IMG/VR virus record: IMGVR_UViG_3300044901_000083
Coordinates: 3,740-67,739 of that record
Origin: a virus
Taxonomy: Duplodnaviria; Caudoviricetes
DNA: 64,000 nucleotides
Strand: one strand, 5' to 3'
Shown here: in pieces, positions 19,101 through 28,435 of the stretch
Layout of the letters: every line of letters begins with the position of its first letter
Position numbering within the stretch: position 1 is the first letter of the stretch
Notes under the pieces: generated by a model
What the model was told of the DNA's origin: nothing
Seen by the model: the letters and a program-made list of their open reading frames with translations, nothing else
Databases searched by the model: none
Position numbers and translations under genes: made by a program

Positions 19101-20755
19101 TGCAGTCCGATCGCGCGCACCTGGGTGATGGCCGATTCCATGCTGGCCTTGCCCAGGCTGACCTGGAAAGACTCTTTACGCCCCTGCTTTAGCGCCACCA
19201 CCAACGCGGCATTGGCCTCCATCTCGCCCAGCGCCTGGCCGAGGATCTTCTGTGCGTCGCCGACGGCGCGGCGCCGGCGCGCGTTGAGCTCCTGCGCCAC
19301 CTGCAAGTCGGCGCCGGTGGCCGCCTCGCCGAGCTCTATTTCCTTCGCAGCGTCCATCAGCTCGCGCGCCTGGCCCAGCGCCTCGGCGCTGGTGTCCATG
19401 TAGTGGTGCAGGTGGAACTCCTGCACTCCCTCTGCGATGCGCTCCACCTGATCGGGCAGGTCGCCGTGGATGCGCCGCGCCAGCACCTGCGCCGCGCCGG
19501 CGATGCCCAGCACGTCCACCACCGAGCGGTCGACCAGGGCGTCGCCGCCGACGGCCAGCGCCAAGGAGTTGATGGAGTTGTAGGCGCCGACCCCCACGTG
19601 CTTCCCCAAGGTCTCGCTCGGGTCGCCGCCGGCGATGCGCTGCAGCTCGGACAAGAACGCGCGGGTCTGCACCGTGCGCAGGTCGTTGTTCAGTTCCTCG
19701 GCGATCTTGGCGTCCAGCTTCTCGTCCGGCTCGGCGGTGTACTCCAGCACGTAGGCCTTCGGCTCCGCGGTGGATTTCTCGATCTCCGCGGCCGCGGCGC
19801 GCGCCTTCTGCTGGATCTGCTGCAGCTGCTTATGCGCCTTCAGCAGCTCGACCGCCTTCTTGGCGTCGGCCAGGTCGGCGGCCGCCGCCGGCGCGGCCGG
19901 CTCGCGCACGCCCTGCAGCTCCTGCTTCACAAGCTTCGCGGTCTCGCCGCGCTCGACGGCCGCCTTGCGCTGGCCGGGCGTCATCTGCTCGCGCTGCGCA
20001 GCCTTCGCCTGCTCGGCCTCGGCCTTGATCTCGTCGGCTGTCGCGCCGGCGGCTTCGGCTCGCTTCTTGTAGTCGGCCGCGAAGCCCAGGCCGCCCGGGT
20101 TGTCCTGGATCGGCGCCAGATCCTGCACCGACAGCGTGGCGTCGTCCTTGGCATCCAGCGGCACCTCTCCGATGCCGGCTTCCATGCGCGCGGCGTGATC
20201 GGTCACCAGGCGCTGGCGTTGCAGCTCGACCGCCTCGTGCGCGCGCTGCAGCAGCGTGCGGTGGTGCTTCTGGCGCAGCTTTGCGACGGCCGCCTCCGAC
20301 AGGTGCTCGTAGTCGGCCTCCGGAAACTCCAGCGCGCTCGGATCCCAGCCCATGGTTCGCGCCACCGTCTCGACGAACTGGCGCTCATGTGCGCGCTGCT
20401 GCTGGCGCAGGCTCTCCCGGGCCTTGTTCTTCGACTCCAGGATGCCCGCCTCTTTGTCGCGCTGGCGCTGCTCCTTCGCGGCCTCGGCCTTGGCCTTCTT
20501 GCGCACCTCGGCCTCGCGCTTGTACTCGCTCTCTTTGCGGACGCCGCGCAGCTTCAGGTAGTTGAGCTTGCCGCCGGCGCCGCCGATCACGTGCGCCGTG
20601 CCGTCAGGGTTCGGCTGTATCAGCACCGGCTGCCCCTCGGTGCCGGGTCCGTTCGGGTGCACGGTGATCCAACGCGCGCCCTCGGGGATCTTCGAGGCCT
20701 TGAGGAGATCCGACGGCTTGAGGAACAGGACGGGGCGGTCTGCCGGCAGCTTCAT
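16178..20755 (-). CDS. Large SNF2-family helicase/ATPase, probable internal head protein
   Basis: AFGTGSGKT, TVDESQ, ILVASDAGATGMNLQ, QRRGRIFR. Confidence 0.85.
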   Translation of the reverse strand: MKLPADRPVLFLKPSDLLKASKIPEGARWITVHPNGPGTEGQPVLIQPNPDGTAHVIGGAGGKLNYLKLRGVRKESEYKREAEVRKKAKAEAAKEQRQRDKEAGILESKNKARESLRQQQRAHERQFVETVARTMGWDPSALEFPEADYEHLSEAAVAKLRQKHHRTLLQRAHEAVELQRQRLVTDHAARMEAGIGEVPLDAKDDATLSVQDLAPIQDNPGGLGFAADYKKRAEAAGATADEIKAEAEQAKAAQREQMTPGQRKAAVERGETAKLVKQELQGVREPAAPAAAADLADAKKAVELLKAHKQLQQIQQKARAAAAEIEKSTAEPKAYVLEYTAEPDEKLDAKIAEELNNDLRTVQTRAFLSELQRIAGGDPSETLGKHVGVGAYNSINSLALAVGGDALVDRSVVDVLGIAGAAQVLARRIHGDLPDQVERIAEGVQEFHLHHYMDTSAEALGQARELMDAAKEIELGEAATGADLQVAQELNARRRRAVGDAQKILGQALGEMEANAALVVALKQGRKESFQVSLGKASMESAITQVRAIGLQRGDYTIEQVAGDTFLTVNAEGLDRLAKPIARADIEQVQRNLAIIRGDHDEDGWLPQGVARRPDLVMDVKPGVAPRLAEPFQPGDNLEQALRDYIGGRAADGDAPGDIVADIQSADFFQRVGFDRAESYRQALDAVAPLKGEDGKMQRAEALAEHFNQLADEFVQRRHGGARAPLHRQQFEVNDKAVDALHRALAEHPDGVAAYKQIGELTHEDQRALREHFYQHIANESPEAGALRRELEQHQAAEPAAETTDMFGDTVPNPEHGEWRARRDELAGQVNAASLDWSKYTAAMGGHERAYEAVQDLIKSKVGKAFVEHHNRLKPDAPLKVGKTVIRNNLRHLDATDPAARERREQQHRALVDSLRERADGRYASGSVSEKLDAAREQREAFEQAQMGFFSAEEAPQAVGADKPIELSGDERHTIGHIAERQIAGMMGKVGANFKPGKPLRLWEPTMSGGKNAARQRLVKLVDANKRVVAAFGTGSGKTLLQMAAFTHLHEQGKAKRGLFLVPSVVQGQFGGEALRYLEPGKFSWHCEPGASREERIAAYKDPAKHFAVMTHQSFRDDMMHLGAKHAGISEQEMADRVSAMRDDERKAWMGEQLQREGISFDYLTVDESQNVLNRAGKENSGLANVVDALSHHTPNYLLASGDPVKNDASEVFDLLRKMDPARYNDRAAFMRRYGADTLAAKDALKREMARHVYPSKIDPDVRADRKESKLPLSAGQRQALGELDRNFAAARMARMQGKVAVDAMKAISPGSFDGVPADQHEAVAKDLQKNLGILKSAAVRRVINEHPDNPVLDDIAKHAAERKGKPGVVFAHSLRQVQTIAERLKKEGHRVVVITGADSAKEKERKRLMFRPEKGEAEADILVASDAGATGMNLQRGQWLYQADTPDTAMTHAQRRGRIFRTGQKNDVELIDAVPDHPEIHKARDRLQKKYGLRDLMTSPMEGLDDTGVAYYLKQRQVANADLF

Positions 20756-20761
20756 GCCGGC

Positions 20762-20777
20762 AGTGTCGGGTCACGAC
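20762..20777 (-). promoter_or_regulatory. Late-type promoter motif
   Basis: GTCGTGA-CCC-GACACT, 6 nt before ATG 20755. Confidence 0.7.
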
Positions 20778-20780
20778 GGG

Positions 20781-21161
20781 TCAGCGATCAGCCCACGTTG
20801 GTGGTCGGGCGCTCGGTCGGCTTATCCTTGTTTGCGGCCGCCACAGGCGCACGTACTCGCCGGCCTTGCGGGTTGCTTCCGCGTCGGCTGGCTTCGGCAC
20901 GCCGCGCGCAGGGGTCACCTCGTGGTGATCGAACTCCATCTCACCGTGCTCGTCGTGGCGCACCACGGACTTGCCGTTGCGCTCGCCGACGAACTTGCCT
21001 AGCGCCTTTTTGCCCGGCTTCTTCGGGTGCGGGAAGAACACATGAGCGCCCGCCTTGTGCTTGGCGCCTGGCCGTCGGTCGTCGTGCGGCTTGACCGTCG
21101 TCCCGTCCTTGCGGGTGTAGCCCTCGACGTGCGCCTTCAGGAACAGGACGATCTTGCTCAT
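20781..21161 (-). CDS. Small basic probable head protein
   Basis: Start MSKIVLFLKAHVEGYTRKDGTTVKPH at 21161. Confidence 0.65.
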   Translation of the reverse strand: MSKIVLFLKAHVEGYTRKDGTTVKPHDDRRPGAKHKAGAHVFFPHPKKPGKKALGKFVGERNGKSVVRHDEHGEMEFDHHEVTPARGVPKPADAEATRKAGEYVRLWRPQTRISRPSARPPTWADR

Positions 21162-21167
21162 GCTGCC

Positions 21168-21182
21168 ATTGTCCATCACGAC
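21168..21182 (-). promoter_or_regulatory. Late-type promoter motif (2-nt spacer)
   Basis: GTCGTGA-TG-GACAAT, 6 nt before ATG 21161. Confidence 0.6.
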
Positions 21183-21508
21183 GCCGGCCCCGCATCCGGG
21201 TCCACCAGCAGGAAGGTGCCGCCGCCGGCAGGATCCGGCACCTCGGCCGAGCCGAGCCCGAAGCTGGCGTTGCGACGATACTCCTCGATCGCCGCGGCCA
21301 GAGCCTCCTGCAGGTCGGTGTGCGGCGGCATGCGCGCGCCTGCGTCGGCCGGCATGTAGTCGCCCAGCAGGTGCAGGTTGTCGCGGGTGTAGAACTGCTT
21401 CAGCAGCGCCTTGATCAGCCACCAGTAGGCGCCAAAGAATCGATACCGCCTCGGATCCTGCTGCAGCAGCTGCAGCGTGTTGGCCGCCAGGGTCTTGGGG
21501 TCGATCAT
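21176..21508 (-). CDS. Hypothetical protein coupled to DarB-like gene
   Basis: 110 aa; ATGA overlap with upstream stop. Confidence 0.6.
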   Translation of the reverse strand: MIDPKTLAANTLQLLQQDPRRYRFFGAYWWLIKALLKQFYTRDNLHLLGDYMPADAGARMPPHTDLQEALAAAIEEYRRNASFGLGSAEVPDPAGGGTFLLVDPDAGPAS

Positions 21509-24500
21509 GCGGCCTCCTTCTGCGGCTCGGCATCCTGGTGCGCCTCGGCGATCAGCTGCCGAAGCGTCTTGCCGGTGTCGTTGTTCCAGGAGAGCACGCC
21601 ATAGCCGCCGGCCGGTATCCGCGCATCGAGCAGCTTCTCGTCGGCGATGCCGGCCTGCTCTGCCATCTGCAGCATCGTGCGCAGCACCGCGGGATCGTAG
21701 ATGTGCGAGTGCCCAGGCCCCGGCTTTCCGGTCCTGCTCAGGGACGCCAGCGCCACCTTCGGATCGGCAACGCCTGCCTTGGCGCCTGCCACGTCGATCG
21801 CGGCAGCCAATTCCTTGTGCTCAGAACCGTGAGCCAGCAGCGACAGACGATGATGCACCGACAGCGGCGTACTCGACGAGTATTCGTTCCCATGGTGCGC
21901 GTACCGCGCATGCACTGGCACCATGCGGTCGCCGTAGCTCTTTTCCTGCGGCACATGGCTATCGAACGGGCTGTGCAAAATCCCCTCGTGCTTCGCCCGG
22001 GCCCACAGCGTCGCCAGGGCGCGGCGGTTCCACTTCGGCTTCTCGGTGACGCCGTAGCCGCCGCCGATCGTGCCCACCAGGGTATAGGCCTCGCGCAGCG
22101 CATCGGCGAACGTTGGCGCGCGGCGGATTCGCTCGACCTGCTCGCGCTCGAAGCGCTGATGCGCCTGGCGCTCCAGACTGGCGACTCCGATGCCGGTCTG
22201 CTTCTCCGGGCTCAGGTCCCGCAGCACGCTGTTCCATGGGTTGTGGCCCTGGCTGTTGTACGGCGCCTCTGGGTACTTGACCCGAGGCACCTGCTCGCTG
22301 CGGCTGTTCTTGCGCTTCTGGATGTATTCGTGGCCGAACTTCTTGCCGCGCTCGGCCGACATCCAGGCCTGCAGCACCTTCTCCTTCGCCGCCTCTGTTG
22401 GCAGCAGGTAGTCGTGCGTGTCGTGCAGCTTGGTGTGCTCGTAGCTCTCGGCCATCTTGAGCTCGCCGGTCGCGCGATCGACCATCGGCACCGAGCCGTA
22501 GGGCATGTTGAACTTGTAGGCCTTGGTGCCGTCCTTGATCTGCTGCTGGATGAGCTCGTGGTTTTGCTCCAGCACCGAAGATGGCAGGTTCTTCACGTCC
22601 TCCCACTTCGTGAGGCCGTTCAGTTTCTCAGAGGCCGCACGCTCCATCTGCACGCGCACCTCGGCCGCCTCGGCGTCGGCATCGTGCTTGAACGGCTTGA
22701 TGTCGGCCGCGAGCTCCTTCAGCGGCACCGTCACCGGCCGCCGGCCGGTGGTGTCGGCGTAGGGACGCATCGTCACCGTGCCGGCGCGCGCGTTGACGCC
22801 CGACACCACGAACTTGCCCTCGGCGCCGTAGTCCAGGCCCACACCGGCGTGCAGCGCGGTGCCGCTGCTCGGCTCGATCAGCACGTCCGTGGCGCTGTCG
22901 AGCGCCGACTTGGCCGGGAAGTAGCGGTTGTTGAACAGCGCCGTCTTCGCGGCCTCCAGGCGCTGGCGCAGCCGGGTCGCGCTGGCGGTGCCCTTGTTCT
23001 TCAGCGCGCTGTAGCTGCGCGTCATCTCCTGGAAGCGCACGAACTGCTCGTTCGCGGCCACGCGCTGGCCGGCGTCGTAGCGCTGCTGCGCCGCGGCCTT
23101 GTCGGCCTCGTAGGCGGCGCGCGCCGCCTCGGGGTCGGCCGCCAGCATGATGCGCAGGTCTTCGCGGCTGAATTGGCCCTCGCGCGCCAGATTCTCGACT
23201 CGATCGCCGCCGTTCCACAACAGATCCTGCCAGTCCTTCTTCGCGCGCACCGACTGGTAGCGGTAGCCGTCGAACGACCCCTTGGACAGGTAGGTGTGGA
23301 TGCGCACCGCCTCGTTCAGGTTGCCCTGGCGCAGGCCGCGGCCATTGCGCTGCTGCAGCGTCGCCGGCTCCCACGGCACGTCAGCGTGGTGGACGTCGGT
23401 GGTGCGCTTCTGCATGTTCAAGCCTTCGGCCATCGTCGCGTTGCCGATCACCACGTCCAGCTTGCCGCTGTTCAGTGCGTCGGCGATGTTCTGGCGCTTG
23501 ACGGCGCTGCCCGCCACCTGCGCATTGATGATGCCGATGCGCTTTCGGGGGATGCCGGCGTCCACCAGCGCGGCCGCCAGGCGTTCGTGGCTGTCGATGT
23601 ACTCGCTGAAAATGATCTGCGCACCGTCCTTCAGGCCCGCCTTCGCCTGCTCGGCGATGGCGTGGTACTTGGGGCTGTGCGCGCCGGCGTGCTCGGCGTC
23701 GAGGAGCTGCAGGTCGAGCGCCGCCTTGTTCATCTTGTCCATCACGGAGAAGATGTGGGCGTCACCGGTGGCGTCCTTCTCTGACGCCTTCTCGGCGAGC
23801 TCGCGCAGGCCGACGTACACCTCCTGCTGCTTCGGCGTCATGTCGACCAGGTGCATCTGGTCGTTGCGCTCGGGCAGCGTCAGCCCCACCTGCTCGGCCG
23901 TGCGCCGATCGATGAACCGCGCCATGATCTCGCGCAGCTCGTTCAGGTTCTTGAAGCCGGACACCACCAGGGCGTCCTCGATGTCGCCCTTGGTGGACAG
24001 CACCTTGTCGTTCGTGAACTCGCAGAAGCGGTCCAGGAACTCCTCGCTGTTGCGCACGCCTATCTTCTCGAAGGCCTCCGGCGCGATGTGCGACAGCATC
24101 GAGTAGATTTCGAGCGGGCTGTTCTTGGTCGGCGTGGCCGTCAGACCGTAGACCCCACGGCCCTCGTTCTGCTCGCGCACCCAGCGGGTCTTCAGGTTGA
24201 AGTCCAGCGCGCGGTTGCTCAGGCCCTGGCCGCCGAGGAATTTCGGCTGCTCGCCGAAGCGCGCCTTGGCGGCGTAGAGGTTCTTCTGGTGGTGCATCTC
24301 ATCCGCGATGAGCATGTCCACCCCGAGCTGGTCGAACCAGATCGCGTCGGTGCGGTCCTGGAACTCGCGCGAGGCCACCGCCTGCTCGTACTGTTCCTTG
24401 ATCCGCTTGCGGCGCTTGTCGCCGGCGTTGCCGAGCGCGTCGCCGCGCTGCACCCAGAAGTCGTCGCTGTAGTAGCGCTCCTTCAGCTCCGGGTTCAGGT

Positions 24501-27450
24501 CGACTTCCTCGAACGCCGGCTCGCTGATCAGAACGAAATCGTAGTCGTTCTGCGTCAGGTCGTGGTACTTGCGCTTGCGCTCGCCGGCGTCGTCGTCGCG
24601 GCCGACCAGCTCGCCGTCATCGTCGTAGTGGAAGTTGGCGCCGATGGTGAGCACGCGCGAGCCGGGGAACCAGGACTGCGACTCGGCGAACCAGTTGGCG
24701 AGCACAGACTTCGGCACCACGATGATCGGCTTCTGTGCGCGGCCGTCCATCTTCGCCATGCGCGCCAGCAGCAGGCCGCCCAGCGTCTTCCCAAGGCCCA
24801 CGTCGTCGGCTATGATGCCTTTGCCCATCGCCAGGGAGCGGCGCAGGCTCGACCAGCGCCAGCTGCGCACGTCGCGGTCAGTGGTGAGGCCTGGCACCTC
24901 GATCGGTGCGTCGCTGAACTCGCGCGCCACGAAACCGCGGAATTTGCGGTTGTAGAGCTCCTCAACCGCCTCACGGTACGGGCTGCCGCACAGCCATTCC
25001 TTGAATGACGCGTTCCACTCGTCGATCGTCGGCTTGTCGTCTTTCTTGACGCCGGTGCGGTTCAGGTACTTGTCGAGCAGCTTGGTGTCGCCCCAGGTGC
25101 TGCCGCCAGCCACCTCGTAGACGCCATCGGCGAACTTGATCGAGACGGGCGGCTGCTTCTTGGTCCACTCGTTGGCGGCCGGGCCATCCTGGTTGCGCCA
25201 GGTGAAGTAGGCCTCCAGCACGTGCAGCGGGATGAACGCGCTGTTGACCTGGAAGTCCACGTCGTCGAGCGACTTCGGATCGATCACCTCCTCCAGGCGC
25301 TTGGCCTGCAGCTCCAGCTTGTCCTTCAGCGCGCCGCCGGCGGCCAGCGCCGCGCGCGCGGCGTCCAGCTTCGGCCACAGCTCGCCGGTGAGGTAGACGT
25401 CCATCGTCGTCCAGCGGTCGCCGCCGAGATAGGCATAGCGCGCGTCGGCGGCCAGCTGGTCGGCCACCTCGTCCACCGGACGGCCCAGGCGCTCGGCCAG
25501 CTCGGTCGCGGTGAACTCGCCGCGCTCGTCCAGCGCCAGCGCCTGCGCGTGGCTGTCGAAGGTGCCCTCCACCTTGCGCGGCGCCTTGCCGAGCACCGCG
25601 TCGGACAGCTCGCCCTTGCGGTTGACGGCGCCGATCAGCCGGAACAGCGTCTTGTCGACGCTGGCCGCGGTCATCAGCTCGGGGTTGGCAGCCGGGATGC
25701 CGTGCTTGGCGACGTAGGCGCGCACCGCGTCGGCCAGGCCCTCGCGGTCGCCGCCGGCCATGGCCGCTTCGATGCGCTCGGCCAGCGGCGCGGCGTCGGC
25801 CACGGCGGCGGTCGCCATGAACTCGTCGACGCGGTGCCAACGCGGCGGGTTGCCCTGCAGCACGTAGGTGATGCCGTCGACGGTCTTGGTGTCGCCCACC
25901 TTTGCCGTGTTGGCGTAGGGCCGGCGCATCGCGCCGGACAGCGCAGCGTCGCGCGCGGAGCCCTCTGGCAGCACCTCCAGGATCTGCGGCACCGTCAGAT
26001 CGCTGACGCCGACGCTCTCCGGGTGCGGCGCGAACTCGGCGATCGCCTCCGGCACGCCGAACATCGAGCCGGTCACAGTGATGTCGTTGCCGATGCCGGC
26101 CTTCGCGCGCCAGCCGGCCTCCAGCGTGCCGAGCACGTTGCCGGCGCCGCGCCCGTCGGTGAAGTAGGTGCCGGCCAGGAAGTCCTCGTCCCAGACGCCC
26201 AGCTGCTTCAGCACCGGCTGCGGCAACGTCGCCAGCGCGCCGGCCACGTCGTCGGGCCGCTTGCGCAGGTAGATGACGTCGGTGGTCACCTCGGTGTGCG
26301 AGTGCTCGAACGCGGTGTTCGGCATGCGCTGCGCGCCGAGGAACTGCGCCTTGGTCAGGATCTGCTCGCGCAGCGCGCGGTGGCGGCTGCTGTCCATGAT
26401 GCCGGTGGGCACCACCAAGGCCACCAGGCCGCCGGCCTTGCACTTGTCGAGCGCGGTGTCGACGAAATAGGCCTCCGCGGTGGTGATGCCCACCTTGTCG
26501 TCCTTCGCGAGGAAGCCGCGCGGGCCGTAGGGCGGGTTGCCGATCACCACGTCGAACTGGCGATCGTCGGTGGTGGCGAAGCGCTCCAGGCTGGCGGTCT
26601 GGATCTCGTGTCGGTCGCCGTGCAGCGCCAGCGCGACGGCGGCGCTGGTGGTGTCGAGCTCGACGCCGGTGCCGCGGAAACCGTCCGGCGCCGCGTGCAG
26701 GAACACGCCGGTTCCGCAGCTCGGCTCCAGGAAGGTGCCGCTCTCGGCGCCCAGGCGCTGCAGCGTGTTCCACATCGCGCGGGCCACCGCCGGGTCGGTG
26801 TAATACTCGTTCAGCGAGTCGCCGCATCCGCCGTTTCCGCTGTACTGGCGGAACAGCGTCAGGTCGGTCTGGCCCTCGGCCACCAGCTGCGCGACCTTCG
26901 CGTTGATCTCGCGGCGCTGTGCCTTGCTGATGCCGGCCGGCACGCCGAACGGCGCGGCGCGGTCGTGCGATGTTGGTGCCGCAGGCGCTGGCGGCGTGAT
27001 GGGCGCCGGCAGCGGCTCTGGAGCCGGCGCCTCGGCGACAGGATTCGGCGCTGCCTTCTTGCGCGGTGCGCGCTTCGGCTTCGGAGCCGGCGCCTCCTGC
27101 TTGTACTCGGCGAGCTCCTTCGCCTGCTTCTTCGCCTCGGCCTTGTCGTCGGCATGGCTGGGCGTCTCCAGTACGTGCACCAGGCGCTCGTGCTCAGCGA
27201 TCGCCTGCTGCCGCGGCATGGTCACGGTATCAGCCGCTGGCGCCGGTGAGTGCTCGAACAGGTCGAGCGTTTCGCCCTTCTTCGGCTCAGGCTTCGTCGC
27301 GGCGCGTGCCGGCGCGGCCGGTTGATGCGCGCGCACCTTCTGCATGCGCACGTGCGGCGCCACCACAACGCCATCCTTGCGGACGTGCGGCGCGACGTGC
27401 ACCGGCGCGTCGAACAGAGCGGCCTGCGATTTTTTGAGGAAGATGATCAT
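21505..27450 (-). CDS. DarB-like N6-adenine methyltransferase + SNF2 helicase
   Basis: FLEPSCGTGVF, VIGNPPYG, DDVGLGKT, ADEMHH, EGLNMQ, QRNGRGLRQGN; 1981 aa; same architecture as P1 DarB. Confidence 0.85.
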   Translation of the reverse strand: MIIFLKKSQAALFDAPVHVAPHVRKDGVVVAPHVRMQKVRAHQPAAPARAATKPEPKKGETLDLFEHSPAPAADTVTMPRQQAIAEHERLVHVLETPSHADDKAEAKKQAKELAEYKQEAPAPKPKRAPRKKAAPNPVAEAPAPEPLPAPITPPAPAAPTSHDRAAPFGVPAGISKAQRREINAKVAQLVAEGQTDLTLFRQYSGNGGCGDSLNEYYTDPAVARAMWNTLQRLGAESGTFLEPSCGTGVFLHAAPDGFRGTGVELDTTSAAVALALHGDRHEIQTASLERFATTDDRQFDVVIGNPPYGPRGFLAKDDKVGITTAEAYFVDTALDKCKAGGLVALVVPTGIMDSSRHRALREQILTKAQFLGAQRMPNTAFEHSHTEVTTDVIYLRKRPDDVAGALATLPQPVLKQLGVWDEDFLAGTYFTDGRGAGNVLGTLEAGWRAKAGIGNDITVTGSMFGVPEAIAEFAPHPESVGVSDLTVPQILEVLPEGSARDAALSGAMRRPYANTAKVGDTKTVDGITYVLQGNPPRWHRVDEFMATAAVADAAPLAERIEAAMAGGDREGLADAVRAYVAKHGIPAANPELMTAASVDKTLFRLIGAVNRKGELSDAVLGKAPRKVEGTFDSHAQALALDERGEFTATELAERLGRPVDEVADQLAADARYAYLGGDRWTTMDVYLTGELWPKLDAARAALAAGGALKDKLELQAKRLEEVIDPKSLDDVDFQVNSAFIPLHVLEAYFTWRNQDGPAANEWTKKQPPVSIKFADGVYEVAGGSTWGDTKLLDKYLNRTGVKKDDKPTIDEWNASFKEWLCGSPYREAVEELYNRKFRGFVAREFSDAPIEVPGLTTDRDVRSWRWSSLRRSLAMGKGIIADDVGLGKTLGGLLLARMAKMDGRAQKPIIVVPKSVLANWFAESQSWFPGSRVLTIGANFHYDDDGELVGRDDDAGERKRKYHDLTQNDYDFVLISEPAFEEVDLNPELKERYYSDDFWVQRGDALGNAGDKRRKRIKEQYEQAVASREFQDRTDAIWFDQLGVDMLIADEMHHQKNLYAAKARFGEQPKFLGGQGLSNRALDFNLKTRWVREQNEGRGVYGLTATPTKNSPLEIYSMLSHIAPEAFEKIGVRNSEEFLDRFCEFTNDKVLSTKGDIEDALVVSGFKNLNELREIMARFIDRRTAEQVGLTLPERNDQMHLVDMTPKQQEVYVGLRELAEKASEKDATGDAHIFSVMDKMNKAALDLQLLDAEHAGAHSPKYHAIAEQAKAGLKDGAQIIFSEYIDSHERLAAALVDAGIPRKRIGIINAQVAGSAVKRQNIADALNSGKLDVVIGNATMAEGLNMQKRTTDVHHADVPWEPATLQQRNGRGLRQGNLNEAVRIHTYLSKGSFDGYRYQSVRAKKDWQDLLWNGGDRVENLAREGQFSREDLRIMLAADPEAARAAYEADKAAAQQRYDAGQRVAANEQFVRFQEMTRSYSALKNKGTASATRLRQRLEAAKTALFNNRYFPAKSALDSATDVLIEPSSGTALHAGVGLDYGAEGKFVVSGVNARAGTVTMRPYADTTGRRPVTVPLKELAADIKPFKHDADAEAAEVRVQMERAASEKLNGLTKWEDVKNLPSSVLEQNHELIQQQIKDGTKAYKFNMPYGSVPMVDRATGELKMAESYEHTKLHDTHDYLLPTEAAKEKVLQAWMSAERGKKFGHEYIQKRKNSRSEQVPRVKYPEAPYNSQGHNPWNSVLRDLSPEKQTGIGVASLERQAHQRFEREQVERIRRAPTFADALREAYTLVGTIGGGYGVTEKPKWNRRALATLWARAKHEGILHSPFDSHVPQEKSYGDRMVPVHARYAHHGNEYSSSTPLSVHHRLSLLAHGSEHKELAAAIDVAGAKAGVADPKVALASLSRTGKPGPGHSHIYDPAVLRTMLQMAEQAGIADEKLLDARIPAGGYGVLSWNNDTGKTLRQLIAEAHQDAEPQKEAA

Positions 27451-27479
27451 CCGGGACGGCCTTCGAGGTGTCCCGGTCG

Positions 27480-27495
27480 ATCATTGCGTCACGAT
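27480..27495 (-). promoter_or_regulatory. Late-type promoter motif
   Basis: ATCGTGA-CGC-AATGAT then ~29 nt hairpin leader to ATG 27450. Confidence 0.5.
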
Positions 27496-27559
27496 CTGCA
27501 GCGAGGCAGGTGCCAGGCTAACTGCCGAGTAAACGAATCATTTACGAGTCGACAGAAAA

Positions 27560-28435
27560 ATGGCGCACACCATGTCGCTCTCAGATTCCACGTACAGGCA
27601 CAAGGCCAGCGAAACAGAAGTTTCGCTAGTCAATGACGTCAATATATTCTCGATCAAATCCCTGAAGGGTGAGGTGGAGCACGAACTAAAAGGCGTTCAC
27701 AGCTTCGCTATTTCTCCGAATCTCCAGACGACAACTCCGGCGTCAGAAAACGGCGGTCGATTCAATGATATTGAGTGGGGTCCAAACCGATTCACGTATC
27801 TACCGCCCGGCGTCAAATTGAAGGCCGTTAGCCTTGTGGAAGCCGACACAGTTTATTTTGTTCTGCCTGACCGGATATTTGGGCCGGCCGCATTCGAGAC
27901 CGTGAACGTGGAGAAGCTGGAAAGAAAATGGGTCTATAACGTAGATGACCCGGTGGCATTAGATTTGATGAATGCCGCCTCGAAAGTCGCCAAAGACGAC
28001 GGCGCCAAGAACTGGCCTCTGCTGGTGGAGTCGATCGGAACCGCTTTGTCCGTGCGCGCCATGCAAGCCATGGGCGCGCAGCCGCTGCGGGGTGACGTCC
28101 CGTATCCGAGCGGCCTGTCCAGCGAGCGACTGCGCCGCGTTGTTGACTACGTAGAGGCCAACCTGCATCGCGCGATCCTGCTCACCGAGCTCGCGGAAAT
28201 CGCGGCCCTGAGCCCGTTCCACTTCTCCCGCGCGTTCCGCAAGGCCATAGGCCGGACGCCGGTGCGCTACGTGTGGTCGCGCCGTGTCGAGCGATCGAAG
28301 CGCCTGCTGCGTGATCGCGTCCTGCCGTTGGCCGCGATCGCGTATGACTGCGGCTTCTCCAGCCAGAGCCACTTCACGACGGTGTTCAAGCGGGAGACCG
28401 GTGTCACGCCGCTGCGGTATCGGGCCGGGCTTTGA
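27560..28435 (+). CDS. AraC-family transcriptional regulator
   Basis: RLRRVVDYVEANL..LAEIAALSPFHFSRAFRKAIG..IAYDCGFSSQSHFTTVFKRETGVTP. Confidence 0.9.
   Translation: MAHTMSLSDSTYRHKASETEVSLVNDVNIFSIKSLKGEVEHELKGVHSFAISPNLQTTTPASENGGRFNDIEWGPNRFTYLPPGVKLKAVSLVEADTVYFVLPDRIFGPAAFETVNVEKLERKWVYNVDDPVALDLMNAASKVAKDDGAKNWPLLVESIGTALSVRAMQAMGAQPLRGDVPYPSGLSSERLRRVVDYVEANLHRAILLTELAEIAALSPFHFSRAFRKAIGRTPVRYVWSRRVERSKRLLRDRVLPLAAIAYDCGFSSQSHFTTVFKRETGVTPLRYRAGL

Noticed and set aside
20781-20860. Possible frameshift near the end of the 126 aa ORF (alternative frame VAAANKDKPTERPTTNVG looks more protein-like)
   Set aside because: No slippery site seen; cannot separate a real tail from a sequencing error without homologs
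5196-27249. Long alternative-frame and antisense ORFs (e.g. 5196-7454, 17000-19192, 21538-23784, 25222-27249)
   Set aside because: Shadow ORFs expected at high GC; Arg/Ala/Gly-rich with no motifs, and they overlap well-supported genes
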